Position numbers and translations under genes: made by a program
Assembly (NCBI RefSeq): GCF_020745735.1
Contig: NW_026867487.1
Span: 4,853,239 to 4,917,238, forward strand
Reading direction: 5' to 3'
Length of the DNA: 64,000 nt
Source of the DNA: Hemiscyllium ocellatum
Taxonomy: Eukaryota
In this document: one piece after another, positions 1 through 10,841 of the stretch
Position numbering within the stretch: position 1 is the first letter of the stretch
Layout: every line of letters begins with the position of its first letter
Notes under the pieces: model-generated
Told to the model about the DNA's origin: nothing
What the model saw: only the letters and a program-made list of their open reading frames with translations
Databases searched by the model: none

Positions 1-179
1 CCTTTAATTTCTTACATCGTTTTGCCTTTGCTCTCAGAGGAACTGATACATGGGGTCTATCTTTATAGGTGTCATTAAAATATAATTTCCTTCTCAATGT
101 CCATGTTATTATCGTTGATACTCTCGTCGTCGTGTGTTCTGGGCGGCCTCACAACATGTTGCATTAAGCCTTCTTCACA

Positions 180-314
180 NNNNNNNNNNNNNNNNNNNNN
201 NNNNNNNNNNNNNNNNNNNNNNNNNNNNNNNNNNNNNNNNNNNNNNNNNNNNNNNNNNNNNNNNNNNNNNNNNNNNNNNNNNNNNNNNNNNNNNNNNNNN
301 NNNNNNNNNNNNNN
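180..314. other. Assembly gap (135 N)
   Basis: Run of N; ORFs spanning it in the track are artefacts. Confidence 0.99.
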
Positions 315-650
315 AAGAAAGAAAGAATCAAGGAAAGAAAGAATCAAAGAAAGAAAGAAAGTAATTGATGCAGCATCTTTTATGAACACAAGGATATCCA
401 AACCATTTTAGTCACAATTAAGTAATTTTTTCATTTGCAATGTTGGAAATACAAAATCAATGGTGAGCAAAGTGTGATTCCTCAAAAGAAAATCGAGCAG
501 CAATCTGTTTTCAGTTCTAACATATGATGGACAAATGTTGGTGAAAGATGACAGGGATAAACTTTTTTTTTCTCGAATACCAGCAGTGAAGTATTAAACA
601 CTCCAAATCAGAGTTCGAAAACATTGAATGGTTTAGCATCTCATTCAGAA

Positions 651-696
651 AGACAGCGCGTCGGACAGCTTGTCATTCCTTTAGCATTTACAACAG
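651..696 (+). pseudogene. Possible orphan TCR V leader exon with ablated start codon
   Basis: 46 nt reading (R)QRVGQLVIPLAFTT-G followed by a phase-1 GTAAGT donor (697-702). Same length and similar AFxxG end as the V3 leader (MQFSVFVMVSVAFII-G). AGA stands where ATG is expected. No convincing V exon downstream. Confidence 0.35.
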
Positions 697-2119
697 GTAA
701 GTGTGGACGCTGGTCTGTGAGCTTCACAATTCTGACTCGGTGAACGCACTACATCTGACACTAGGCAGAAAGAGGGAGAGAATGCTGATCAACCAGTCAT
801 TCCCATCTATATGTTTCTTTTTCTCACTGTTTTATGCAACCAATGATCCAGGTAAAGGGAAAAGTTAACATTTTCTGCAGCTCCTTTCTGAATTGGTCTG
901 GGCAAATGTCAAAATGAAGAAATTGTGGTAAGAACAGAGCAACTGGCGCATGCTGGTCTTCTTTTGAAAGATGCATTGTGAGTCGGTGATATGCAGGCTG
1001 GTGAAATAAACCTTTCCTGTAAATTCAACATAGAGGGAAACACAGCATGCGTGATCCACAGGCAGAGCAAGCTGAGAGAGATTGGAAAGAACAACGAATG
1101 TCTTGCAGTTGGGCATCACTGGGTGTCTGCCAATCTCAATAACCCAGAATCACTTACGGGCTCAGCTAGCCACTAGATTGCATGTTACAGTCCGGGCATT
1201 GAGTAGGAAAATGAAGGTGAATGGCAGACATGAGTGTAATAAATGGTCCAGCCAGTCATGGACCTGCTAGATAGGTAACCTATGGAAAGTCGATTTGATG
1301 TCGCAGAACCAGGGTACTCCATCTAACAAGTTCAGTGGCTGATGGATGAAATGGAAAGAAATGGTCCAAAGCACAGACTATTCATATGACCAGCAATTCA
1401 GTTTTCTCAGTGTAATATCTGATCTTCAGATTTTACAGTAGATGGTCAGAAAGCAGCCCATGACGAATGACACTTTCAGTCACACTGAACAACATGAGCA
1501 ACTAAAACTAGCACAGTTCTGAATCTACACCCAGCGGTGGTAGAAGGCAGACTATACCGAAAGTAGAGGCGGGTGACCCGGTCGTGGATGACTGTTATGA
1601 TCATGACAAGGAAATCTGACACTGCTATCGTCACGAGGTAGTAGGGAATGCACTGAAAATGTCCACACTATTTTCAGCATAGAATTGCACAATCACCATC
1701 AAGTTGTTTATGAGGGATAAAAACAGGGATTTCTCTTACAAAGCGGGCTTAAGTCACCAACCATTGCCTGACCCAAGCTATTATTGAAACTATCCAGATG
1801 TGTCTAGTTGCCAGCTCCAAAGTTAATGCTAATTAATCCACACCGCATGCTCAGTTGAACATTTCCTAATACAGGTATCATTGCAAATGTTGATTAACAC
1901 AGCATCCGCTGTATGATGCTCAGTCAATCGAATTTAGTGCTAAACACATTTAGCTCAGTTATATTTGCTCATTGCTGAGTATGGTGATATGGCTATTCGG
2001 GCTTCTTTTTAACTGGCACAGACACTCAAAGGAAATGCGAACTGATGTAGTATTAAGTTAGTTTAAGCTAGCTCTGATAGTTGATGTGACTTTTATATCT
2101 GGTTACTGGAGCAATAGGA

Positions 2120-2445
2120 AGTAGTGGTGGCCCGGTGGCTCTCAGGGCCAGGGACCTGGGTTTGATTCCAACTTGGATGACTGGCTGTGTGGAGTTTGCA
2201 CATTCCAGACGTGTCTTCGTGTGTTTCCCTTGACTTCCCTGGTTTCCTGCCACATTCTAGAGATGTGAAGGTTAGGTGTACTAGCCATGACAAATTGCCC
2301 ATAAGGTTCAGGGATGTGTAGGTATGCTGCAGTAGTCAAGGGGTGATAATAGGCTTGGGCAATGGATCTCGGCGCATTACTCTTTGGAGGGTCAGCATGG
2401 ACTTGTTAAGTTGAAGGGCCTGTTTCCATACTGTAGTTATTCTAT
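2120..2445 (+). mobile_element. V-SINE (HE1-like tRNA-derived shark SINE), diverged
   Basis: tRNA-like head, central GTGTGGAGTTTGCACATT.. domain, CR1-like tail GAAGGGCCTGTTTCCATACTGTA. Confidence 0.85.
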
Positions 2446-3774
2446 GAAGTACAACACCAAAATCTTTTGTGGGACTGTTGAAATAGAAATTGATGACACA
2501 GTAAAATAAACGTTGAACACAAATACTCACCCTTGTTCTGATGTAGTCCACATCCACACATACTCCATAATTCACATTTTGGCTCATTGACAACATGAAT
2601 GGTGGAATGGCGAATTGTTTTTTGTTCAGTATAAATAACTTTACAATGGCTGCTAGTTTGTGCTACTCATTTCGATTTGAACTTGCTGTTTACCTATTAT
2701 GTTGCAAGTGTATTGGGCATTCAGATCTAAAGGCACTTAACAAGTTATAGCTTTTTGTTTATCCTCCAGTCATTTCTCTTAATTTCCTCTTAGATTTGTG
2801 CTCTCTTCACCCTTATGTCACGACCAAGTTGTCATTTTGTCACACTCTTCCACTCTTTCATTTACTGCACTCTCCGAAATTTCATTAATAATCCTGCAAC
2901 ATTTAGTTTCAAATCTTTGCGACCTTCCTAGTTTCGCAAATTCACATCAACAAAGCTACCAGCACCGCACAGCTTATTGTGGCCTCATTTTTGCAAATAC
3001 CACATTCACCAGTACCAATGCCGCTGCATGACTTCTCCTTCAGCAATCATTCAGAAAATCACTCATTTCTCTAACATAACTTTTTCTATTCCACATGGTG
3101 CAGTAATATACCAAAGGCTCGACACGAACTTTGACATTCAGCTTCATAATTTCATACTTCATACAGATTTCAAAGAACCTCTGCCATTTATCCACCTGCG
3201 CCCTTTGTACATTAGTGCAAGGATGGGATACTCTCCTTGGAGATCCTCTCCGTCACAATTCATATTCCTCTCCCTTAGATGACGTACTAAAATCTGGCAC
3301 CACTCAGACAGCATATAAGATACTGAAGGGGATCGATACAGCAGATAAAGAGAGGAAGTATATTCTTGTTGAGGAATCTAAAACGGAGTAATGAAAAAGA
3401 CAGTCCCAGTCTTTAGAGATTTGAGGGAGGACTTTTTTTTTGAGGGTCATAATTCTTTGAGATTCTGTTTCCCTCAGTACAAAGCCATCCAATTCATAGT
3501 GGCTAGATAAAGCGTGAACGAGACGGAATCTCTGAAAATGTGAGGTAGAGCAAATGGTGAGGAAGACACAAACAACCAAGGAATAGATTGAGACAGCCAA
3601 CCATATTTATTCCAAATGAATAGTGACTTAAGAACCAGCCAATTGCAACTGGAAGTCATGCCACCGAGTTTTTCAGTAAGTAAAGCCTGCTTTTGATATG
3701 CGATCAGTCGCTGATATAAGACTTTAAAAGGCATCGTTTTACACAGCGTATTATTTGCTGTTGAACTACGAACC

Positions 3775-4212
3775 ATATATACTCTGTGTTATACGCTGAT
3801 ACTCGTGGCTATGCTGCTCGGTGCGTCTGAGCTGAAACCGTCATTACATGTTTCATTGCTTTTTGCTGCACACATCTTTTTGATCCATTTGTTATCCATG
3901 ATTCAGTTTTCCAGGATCCGTTTCAGTTTAACTTCATGAAGGACAGACTCTAAAACTGAACTGTAGCTACAAAACAGAATTCTAGAATCCATCCAGTATT
4001 CCAGGGAAACTCTTGAGATATTTGCTGAGGTGATCTAAAGGGGAAACGGAGATAAGTCTCCAGAGTTTTCTGAGCAGCTTTCTCTCATTTGGACGAAGAC
4101 AAGCAAAGAGTTCCTTTCAATATCGCCCAGATCTTGTCTCTGACTCTGCCGCCTATTACTGCACACTGCTGCCCATGCTGTTGTAGAGGTGCAGTCAAAC
4201 AATACACAATTC
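3775..4212 (+). pseudogene. TCR V alpha/delta-type pseudogene (V1)
   Basis: Leader IYTLCYTLILVAMLL-G (ATA instead of ATG, donor GTGCGT at 3821). V exon DSVFQDPFQ../EGQTLKLNCSYKT..PGKLLRYLLR..SDSAAYYC with frameshifts and stops. Degenerate 23-RSS CATGCTG(4174-4180)-23nt-ACACAATTC(4204-4212). Confidence 0.85.
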
Positions 4213-4761
4213 TTACCTCCACCCATTCACAGATTCTGATCTGCGTTATGAATTGCTAACATGGTCAAAACTTACAAAAGCCACTTTTTCCAACGATTTC
4301 TTTCTGTGTTGCGTTCTGTACAAAATCCTTCTTTATAGCTGCTGTATGTATTATTCATGGCGCAACTCGTTGCAAGACAGACTCCGAAATTAAGACAGCA
4401 ACAAAATTCGTTATTCACATCAGTACCCTCACTCAAAGATTGACACTTCAAAGAACCATGCTTTGAGTTGATATCTGTCTTGTTATTTGTTTGTATCCCA
4501 AAGAGCCATCATTTTCGGTTTCTTTCAGAATGATGTTGACAGAGTTGTGATCTTAGATTATGCAAGATCTTGGATGCACTGTAGCTCACAAATGTCCGAT
4601 TGAATGGCAGAGCAGTCTAAAGGGCCAAATAGCCACCTGCAACTCACACTGCGTTCATGTGACTAACTCTCTGTGGTCATTGACAGGAAAACAGAGGCTT
4701 TGTCAGCTGATTGTGTGTCACAGCGTGTCTGCGTCAGATATGAATCAATCGTCATCGAATC

Positions 4762-4834
4762 CGGACGTGACGTCTTCCCAATTTTGATTTGAAACTGGTC
4801 AGCTTCTGTTTCTTCTATTCAAACTCACAATTGG
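4762..4834 (+). promoter_or_regulatory. V2 promoter: CRE-like site and inverted CCAAT
   Basis: TGACGTC at 4768-4774 and ATTGG at 4830-4834, 70-130 bp upstream of the leader ATG. Confidence 0.55.
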
Positions 4835-4897
4835 CTCTGAGCTGATACCGTTCATTTATAGCTCGCTCTGTTTAAACCCACTGATTGCTCTTTAAGG

Positions 4898-5404
4898 ATG
4901 TCTCTTCATATTACTTACTTATTCGTAACCGTAACAGTTCTCTTAAGTGGTAAGTTGCTGAGTTATAAAACGTACGCAATATGGGATCAGCAATCTCCCC
5001 CTTCAGCTGTCTTTCACTGTATTATGATACATGTCTTTAATTTGAAAATAGTTATTATAACCGTCCATTAAATTCATTTTTTTCTAAATTTCAGTTGGTA
5101 TTAATTGTGCAAACCATGTCTCACAGAAGCCGGTTACAATAGCACAGATTGAAGGAGATTCGGTGACTATTCATTTCAGCTATTCAACCACTGCTGATTC
5201 ATATTCCTTACAATTGTACCGCCAAGATCCGGGTACACCCCCGACATTCTTGATCTACATCCCTAAATACGGAAAAGTCTTCAAAGCAAAAGATGTTGGC
5301 GATCGATTTTCTGCATCTCTGGACACTTCCAGTACGGAGGGGAATTTTACCATCAGCAGACTTCAGCTGTCTGACAACGCGATGTATTACTGTGCGCTGA
5401 GAGA
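4898..5404 (+). CDS. TCR V alpha/delta-type segment V2 (leader exon 4898-4949, V exon 5095-5404); open frame but non-canonical
   Basis: Leader MSLHITYLFVTVTVLLS, phase-1 GTAAGT donor, tttcAG acceptor at 5093-5094. In-frame VGINCA-NHVSQKP..EGDSVTIHFSY..LQLYRQDPG..RFS..SDNAMYYCALRD. Cys23 is Phe (TTC 5175-5177) and Trp41 is Leu (TTG 5214-5216). Confidence 0.9.
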
Positions 5405-5443
5405 CACAGTGACTGGCAGTAGAGGGAGTCTCGTACATAAACA
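5405..5443 (+). other. 23-bp-spacer recombination signal sequence of V2
   Basis: CACAGTG (5405-5411) + 23 nt + ACATAAACA (5435-5443). Confidence 0.93.
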
Positions 5444-6421
5444 CCGCACCAATGTAACAAAGTGCAAAGTGTGGCTGGTATAGTTGGGGGTACAGTCGGA
5501 AATAACATTTACTTCCTCAATTTATACAAGAATTCACTGAATTCAAATGAACCAACGCAATTAATAAGGCGACAGCATTGGGGCAGGTGTGTTGTCCTCA
5601 GATGATATCGAATACATCTTGAATAAAATCCAAATATGTGATTAGCGAATCTATGCCATTCTGAAAATTAAATTCATTGTCATCGAATGACTGTCAAAAA
5701 TATTCCAACCGGTAAAGAAGGTGTATAGAACAGAACATGAGGCAAAAGCTACTAAATCGCAGAGGGAAACTGAAAACCGTACCTACAGTCTAATGTGGAA
5801 TATCTAGATTTGCAGGAGAAATTTTATCAATCTCAAAGGTATATTTTCAATTCCGCTTTTGAACACGGTCTGGTTTCTGATCATCCAAGGTACATTTTAG
5901 GAAATTGGAGCTCACTATTCCTGTGAGGCAGATTATTTCTGAAGTTAGCTTTGATCATTCGCTACGAACCTTGCATTGATAACAATCATTTTTGCGCCTG
6001 CTAATATTGTAGAGGCTTATAATTAATATGTGTAAGTATCTTTAATACGGAGAAACCTGTAATCCGGTTTTTACAATTGTCTGGACTTTCACTGTACGTG
6101 CTTCAGTGTCCACAATAAACTGGTATTTAAACTTTAAACTACCCGTCCTTTCTGAAACTACGACCACATACCTCGTTCTAGAAATAAAGGATTTTCTTTC
6201 TTTATGACGAGTTCCAAGAGATCGCCAGATCAACAGTACTCATTTATTTCCTGCTGCAGTCACTACCAGCGTTAATAATTGACGTGAATATTTTAAATCA
6301 TGTTTATATGCACTATGCTGAAGGTTTTTTTCCGCTCTGGAATCTACTGAAGTAACAGTGTGCGACATCCTGTTGAGAACAGCCTTCAACAGGCAACAGC
6401 TGTGACCCAGAAACCCGCGGC

Positions 6422-6460
6422 AGTTATTGTACGAGGCTTTCACTCGTTCTCATCACAGTG
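6422..6460 (-). other. 23-bp-spacer recombination signal sequence of V3
   Basis: Minus strand CACTGTG (6460-6454) + 23 nt + ACAATAACT (6430-6422). Confidence 0.92.
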
Positions 6461-7648
6461 AGGCTCATTGCACAGTAATACACCGCGGTGTCAGACGGCA
6501 CCAGCTCCGATATTGTCAATCGGTACAACTTGTCAGATTTTTGGATTGTATCAGCAAACCGGGTCTGAGCAAAATCCGCCTTAAATTCATCACCTCCGCT
6601 CTCGAACCTCCGGACTGCGAACTCGGGTTGCCTGCCCGGGTACTGACGGTACCAGAACAAGTAATTAGCTTTGCTGGTGTACGTGCAGTTTAAAGTCACA
6701 TCTTCTCCCTCTGTCTGTGTGACCAAGAGCTCCCGCTGAGTAACAGAATCTCCATCGCTCAGACCTGGAACACAGGGTTAAAGAAAGCGGAAATCATTGA
6801 TTAGATGTACAGTTAAAAATGCATGCTGATGGCTAAAATGTCGCATTCCGTTTGATGTAAGTGTAAACAGGAATGTTATCACAAAACAAAAAAAAGCAAC
6901 TCCAGATGCTGGAAAGCTCAGTTGTGAAGAACTGCTACTGGATCCGAAACTGCTTTAATCCTGTTTCTTTTCTCCAAGATGCTATCAAAGTTATGGGGTT
7001 TTCCCAGCAATATCTGTTTTCTTTTAACATAAGAAATGCTTCATAAAAACTGAAAAATATTCATTTTAACAATCCACACGAGAAGCCACCTCCCCCTCTT
7101 GCTGTAATTTTGTTTTGTATGTCCATCTTTCGATCTCTTCATTATCTGTTTAGAAGACTCCCTCTTCATGACTTTATGGCCTGACTCAACTCAACCTGAT
7201 GCCAGTGAGTTTCATGTTCCAAAGCCAAAACAGAATTTCCTTAGCTTTTCTATTCTATCACGTTTCTGACTCCTTTACTAAGACTCGTCATCTGAAACAT
7301 TGTCTCCGTGTTGACCCCTCCAAAAACTTTTGTCAGTCTTATCTTTATTAGAGAAACTAAGTATCACGTTTTGGGTTGTACTTTTCCAAAGCTATCATCC
7401 CTTAAATCTGGTGCCATTACTGCAATTAATCTTATCGTGTTTTATGTCCCTATGTTCTTCTTGCAAGATATAGAGAAAATCGGTTCTCAATATCTGAAGT
7501 GTAAAACAGCCAGAATTCAATATTTACTGAAAAAGATACGGGTTTGGATCACACATAGCAATAGACAAATTCAACACTTTTCTTCAGTGTAAAACTTCTT
7601 ACCAATGATGAATGCCACGGAAACCATCACGAAAACTGAGAACTGCAT
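6461..7648 (-). CDS. TCR V alpha/delta-type segment V3, apparently functional (leader exon 7648-7603, V exon 6764-6461)
   Basis: Leader MQFSVFVMVSVAFII-G with GTAAG donor, 838-nt intron, ttccAG acceptor. GLSDG-DSVTQ..EGEDVTLNCTY..YLFWYRQYPG..ADFAQTRF..SDTAVYYCAMS retains both Cys and Trp; intact RSS. Confidence 0.93.
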
Positions 7649-7732
7649 CACTGCTGCTCTGGTTTCTGACCACTTGTTTGTGTCTCAGAAATCTGCACAA
7701 TATCGAATAAGAGAAAAAATGAGACCCAGAGC

Positions 7733-7763
7733 ATTGGCTGAGATTAGTATGACGTCACTTCCT
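7733..7763 (-). promoter_or_regulatory. V3 promoter: ETS-CRE composite (GGAAGTGACGTCA) and CCAAT box
   Basis: Perfect TGACGTCA at 7750-7757 within AGTGACGTCA (matches the TCR V-promoter decamer); CCAAT at 7737-7733; about 100 bp upstream of the ATG. Confidence 0.75.
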
Positions 7764-9331
7764 TCATAGCAAGCTGCAATGATCACTGAATCTGTTTGCC
7801 TATGTGTCATTTCCGCCAAAAACTCTGTCTTTCAGCCACAAAACTTACATTCTGCTCGTCAGAGAACAAACAGGGTTAAACTAAACAGCTTGGTTTCTAA
7901 TAAACCCGATAAACTTCTCTTTAATCTGAAATATTTAACTCAAAGAAGTACAATGTACATGAAGATCCTTTGTTTATTTTATTCAAAGTGACTGAATTTG
8001 TAGATGGGTTTGGCTTCAATTAATTTCGTACTGCAGAAATGTCACTTTCACTCAGGGATTGACGGCTGTTGAATGAATGAACTTTGGGTACCTGAAGCCC
8101 AAAAGGGAACCAACATTGTGAGGTGGGCAGATCCAGTGGAGATTGTCAATTCGAAATGTATTGGGATATGTTTTCATGGGAGCTGGAAATGCTTGTCCAG
8201 GATTCCTCTCACGAACAGAACACATACCAGTATTGAACGAACATCGTGAAATCGAATTGATGTTTGGAGGCTTTGGTTGAGGCATGTTTTAAAGAATGGA
8301 GTCAGAACTTTGAGAAATATGGCCACTTAATAAGAACGCAGGAGAAAGGAACAAAGTGGATTTATTCAGCAGACAACAGGATTTCCGAGAGAGCTTTAAC
8401 CAATTTCGGCAATTAATTGTTTTATGTTTCAACAGTCAAAGTCAGAGAAGGAACACAGATCATGTTGCTCGAGGATCAGAAATGGAGGTCTCCAATTGAC
8501 AGAGTTGTTGTCCGACTATGAGAGCTTCCTTCACCCCATGCAGACGGTCAGTGGGTCTGAGGAATTCGGGCTTAGTGATGAGGTGAACAAACAGCTACAT
8601 TCGTTATTATCTAAATGAGAGTGATTTTTATTTTTGCTGCATTAACTGGTGAGATTAATATAGACAGAATTCACTTTAGGTTTTGTTTACGACATTGCAA
8701 ATGTAACTGGATGTACCAATGCCAGATTCTCTGTAGTGCCTGAAAGAATATGGTTAGCTGCCTTATTTTAAAGGAGTATTACAGCCAAATATCTGCTTTA
8801 CCAACGGCGCCCAAATGGCGTAATGGATCTTTAAATAGACATTTGTGTCGTGTCTCCTTAGATCTGAATGGAAGTGACGAGAGAGCAGAGATGCACATTA
8901 CCACAGCATTCAAATATTGTCGGAAGTGCAAGTAATCCTGCCAAGTTTACAGATGACGTAAGTGCGAAACCGCGTGTGGAGAACAAAAGGATGCAGAGAC
9001 TTTAGAAGAGATAGAAATCCCTGAACAGATCCATGGTCACTGAAATCTCCAGAAACGCTGCACAATCAGAAAATGAAAAAAAAACCATACGCGGTATCAA
9101 ATAATAGGTTCTTGTGAATCGTTTTGGAGATAATTGGATTGTGTAACTATTAGTAAAATGTCAGGAATGTTAAAGGAAAGGCCACTTCTTTCATATTTCA
9201 TTGATTTATGATTAATTCTGATCTTTAATATCTGTGCATCACAATCGTTATACTTTACATTCTTCCATTTCTCCTTGAATGGATTCTCGTCATTCTGTCC
9301 TTTGCAAGTATTATTGCTGTATTTCTCGCAT

Positions 9332-9703
9332 TTATCTTTCTTTCCATTACTATCTGTTTGTAACACTGTGCACTTGTCACACAGAGATAAGTGGCGGTAT
9401 GACTAAATGTGGCGTCTCTCACAGTTAGGGTACTGTGTTTGTTGTCTGCACTGGTTGTAGTGGTGATCCTATTGTGCTAATCAGTTTCTCTTGTGCTCAT
9501 CACAAGACTCTAATGTGGCTGATTCAGGAGCTGTCTGTACCAACGCATCCTGATAACTGCAGTGGTGGGGAGCAGTTGAAGAATTTGGTTCCCATTTCAT
9601 TAACAACTGCCCACTGAGGACGTTGCAATACTTGATCTTCTCCAATCATTTCCAAGCAGGTCAATGTGGGAAGCAACAAAATGACTTTGTAAATCTGAAG
9701 CAT
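9332..9703 (-). pseudogene. TCR V alpha-like pseudogene V4 with leader contiguous with V
   Basis: ATG 9703: MLQIYKVILLLPTLTCLEMIG-EDQVLQ..FFNCS, 1-nt deletion in CDR1, then WYRQLLNQPH*SLVMSTRETD*HNRIT..STLTVRDATFSHTATYLCVTS. CACAGTG heptamer (9370-9364), 23-nt spacer, degenerate nonamer GAAAGATAA. Confidence 0.85.
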
Positions 9704-9832
9704 TGTCAAAATGAAAAGTAGAGTTAAGCAGCTGTTCACAGAGCTCCGTTTGGAACCAGGAAATAAATATTAAGTGTTAACAAGGATAAAAACACCCTCT
9801 TCAAGTCTCACTTTGAGCCACCTTCCTGTCTG

Positions 9833-9848
9833 AGATAAGGAAGTGGTT
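9833..9848. promoter_or_regulatory. Overlapping GATA/ETS/RUNX-like motifs upstream of V4
   Basis: AGATAA-GGAAGT-GGTT in 16 bp, about 130 bp upstream of the V4 ATG. Confidence 0.35.
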
Positions 9849-9926
9849 GTGTCTTGTTGATTGTCTCTCTCTGTTTAGGTCACTCTGGCTCCAGTCCTCC
9901 AGTTCGATATTCATTGCAGACACTCA

Positions 9927-9958
9927 CTGCCTTCTAGTGGAATTCTCTGGAAATTGCA
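9927..9958 (-). promoter_or_regulatory. Candidate CTCF site with upstream module
   Basis: TGCAATTTCC-AGAGA-ATT-CCACTAGAAGGCAG: core 12/13 to CCASYAGRKGGCR, with a TGCA module starting 18 nt upstream. Confidence 0.6.
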
Positions 9959-10029
9959 GTTTTGTTTTCACACCACAATGTCAACGTGCCGATGTTTGAC
10001 TGGGATACACAAACTTACAAATCGCACAA

Positions 10030-10262
10030 TACCAGGTTATTGTCTAACAGTTTTATTTGAAAGCACAAGATCTTGGAGCCCTGCTTCTTCCTCAGGTAGA
10101 TAGTGGCATGAGCTGCACGACATTTAGATTTTTTTGCTGAAAATTCGGTGTTCAATGATCCTGCCTGTCACTAGCTACCTGACGAACGAGCAGCATTCTA
10201 AAATTTTGTACTTTCATTTAAACTTGTTGGACTACAACCGGGTGTTGCAGGATTTTTAAATT
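10030..10262. mobile_element. Penelope-like pseudo-LTR remnant (family 2), inverted arms
   Basis: Antisense and sense copies of the ..CCTGACGAA..AAACTTGTTGGACTACAACC.. terminus. Confidence 0.6.
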
Positions 10263-10808
10263 TCTCACCACAGAGTGAGTTGCATGTGCAACAGTCTATG
10301 TTACTGAATTTGCCTTTGATAAGATTGTGTTCATGGGACGTTATGATATTGGAACAGTTAGTTAAGCACTTCGATGAAGTAGTAGTCAAGCCGATTCTTT
10401 TCTTTCATTTTTATTCTGTCTGGATTTTAACTACAGTGTAAAAATAAAACGTGTCTTGCCTAAAGACAAGTACTTTGACCAATCGAACTACATCTGGAAC
10501 GCAATACCTTCCATTTATATTAAAAAAATAAAAACTTAGGATCTATGCTGACTGTATTTTGATGGGGTTTGGTTTGATTTGGTCCGTCACATTGTATTTG
10601 CGCAGTTCGTTTGACGATGAATGTTTTCCTTCTGTGTGCACATATGCATATCCGTTGTGTGTGCATGTGTGTTTGTGTGCGTGTGTGTCTTTGAATGTAT
10701 GCACGTTCATCTCTGTGCAAAATGGGAGATACGTTTGGCTTGAGGTTGAATGATTTTCAGTGTAAAAGCATCGCACCTTGTTGCTGCTTTCTGATTCAAA
10801 TGATACAA

Positions 10809-10841
10809 TGCCACCTTCTGCTGGTGAATTTTGCTCCTGCA
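10809..10841 (-). promoter_or_regulatory. Second candidate CTCF site, same orientation
   Basis: TGCAGGAGC-AAAAT-TCA-CCAGCAGAAGGTGGCA: core 11/13, TGCAG module starting 17 nt upstream. Confidence 0.45.

Noticed and set aside
75-411. ORFs of 76-108 aa at the window start
   Set aside because: They span the N gap and an (AAAG)n tract; artefacts.
782-851. MLINQSFPSICFFFSLFYATNDP-G with a GT donor, as a V leader
   Set aside because: Hydrophobicity comes from a T-rich tract that looks like intron polypyrimidine sequence; no V exon follows.
991-1176. GEINLSCKF..IHRQ resembling a V-domain B/C strand
   Set aside because: No Trp, no YYC at the expected distance, no RSS.
5388-5394. Embedded TACTGTG cryptic heptamer in the YYC codons of V2 (also in V3)
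   Set aside because: An expected consequence of Tyr-Cys-Ala codons; no nonamer at 12 or 23 nt.
6461-6764. V3 as a NAR-TCR supporting V delta or Ig-like (TAILV) segment
   Set aside because: It has its own leader, no extra CDR1 cysteine, no upstream NAR V-D-J cassette and no VH-type motifs.
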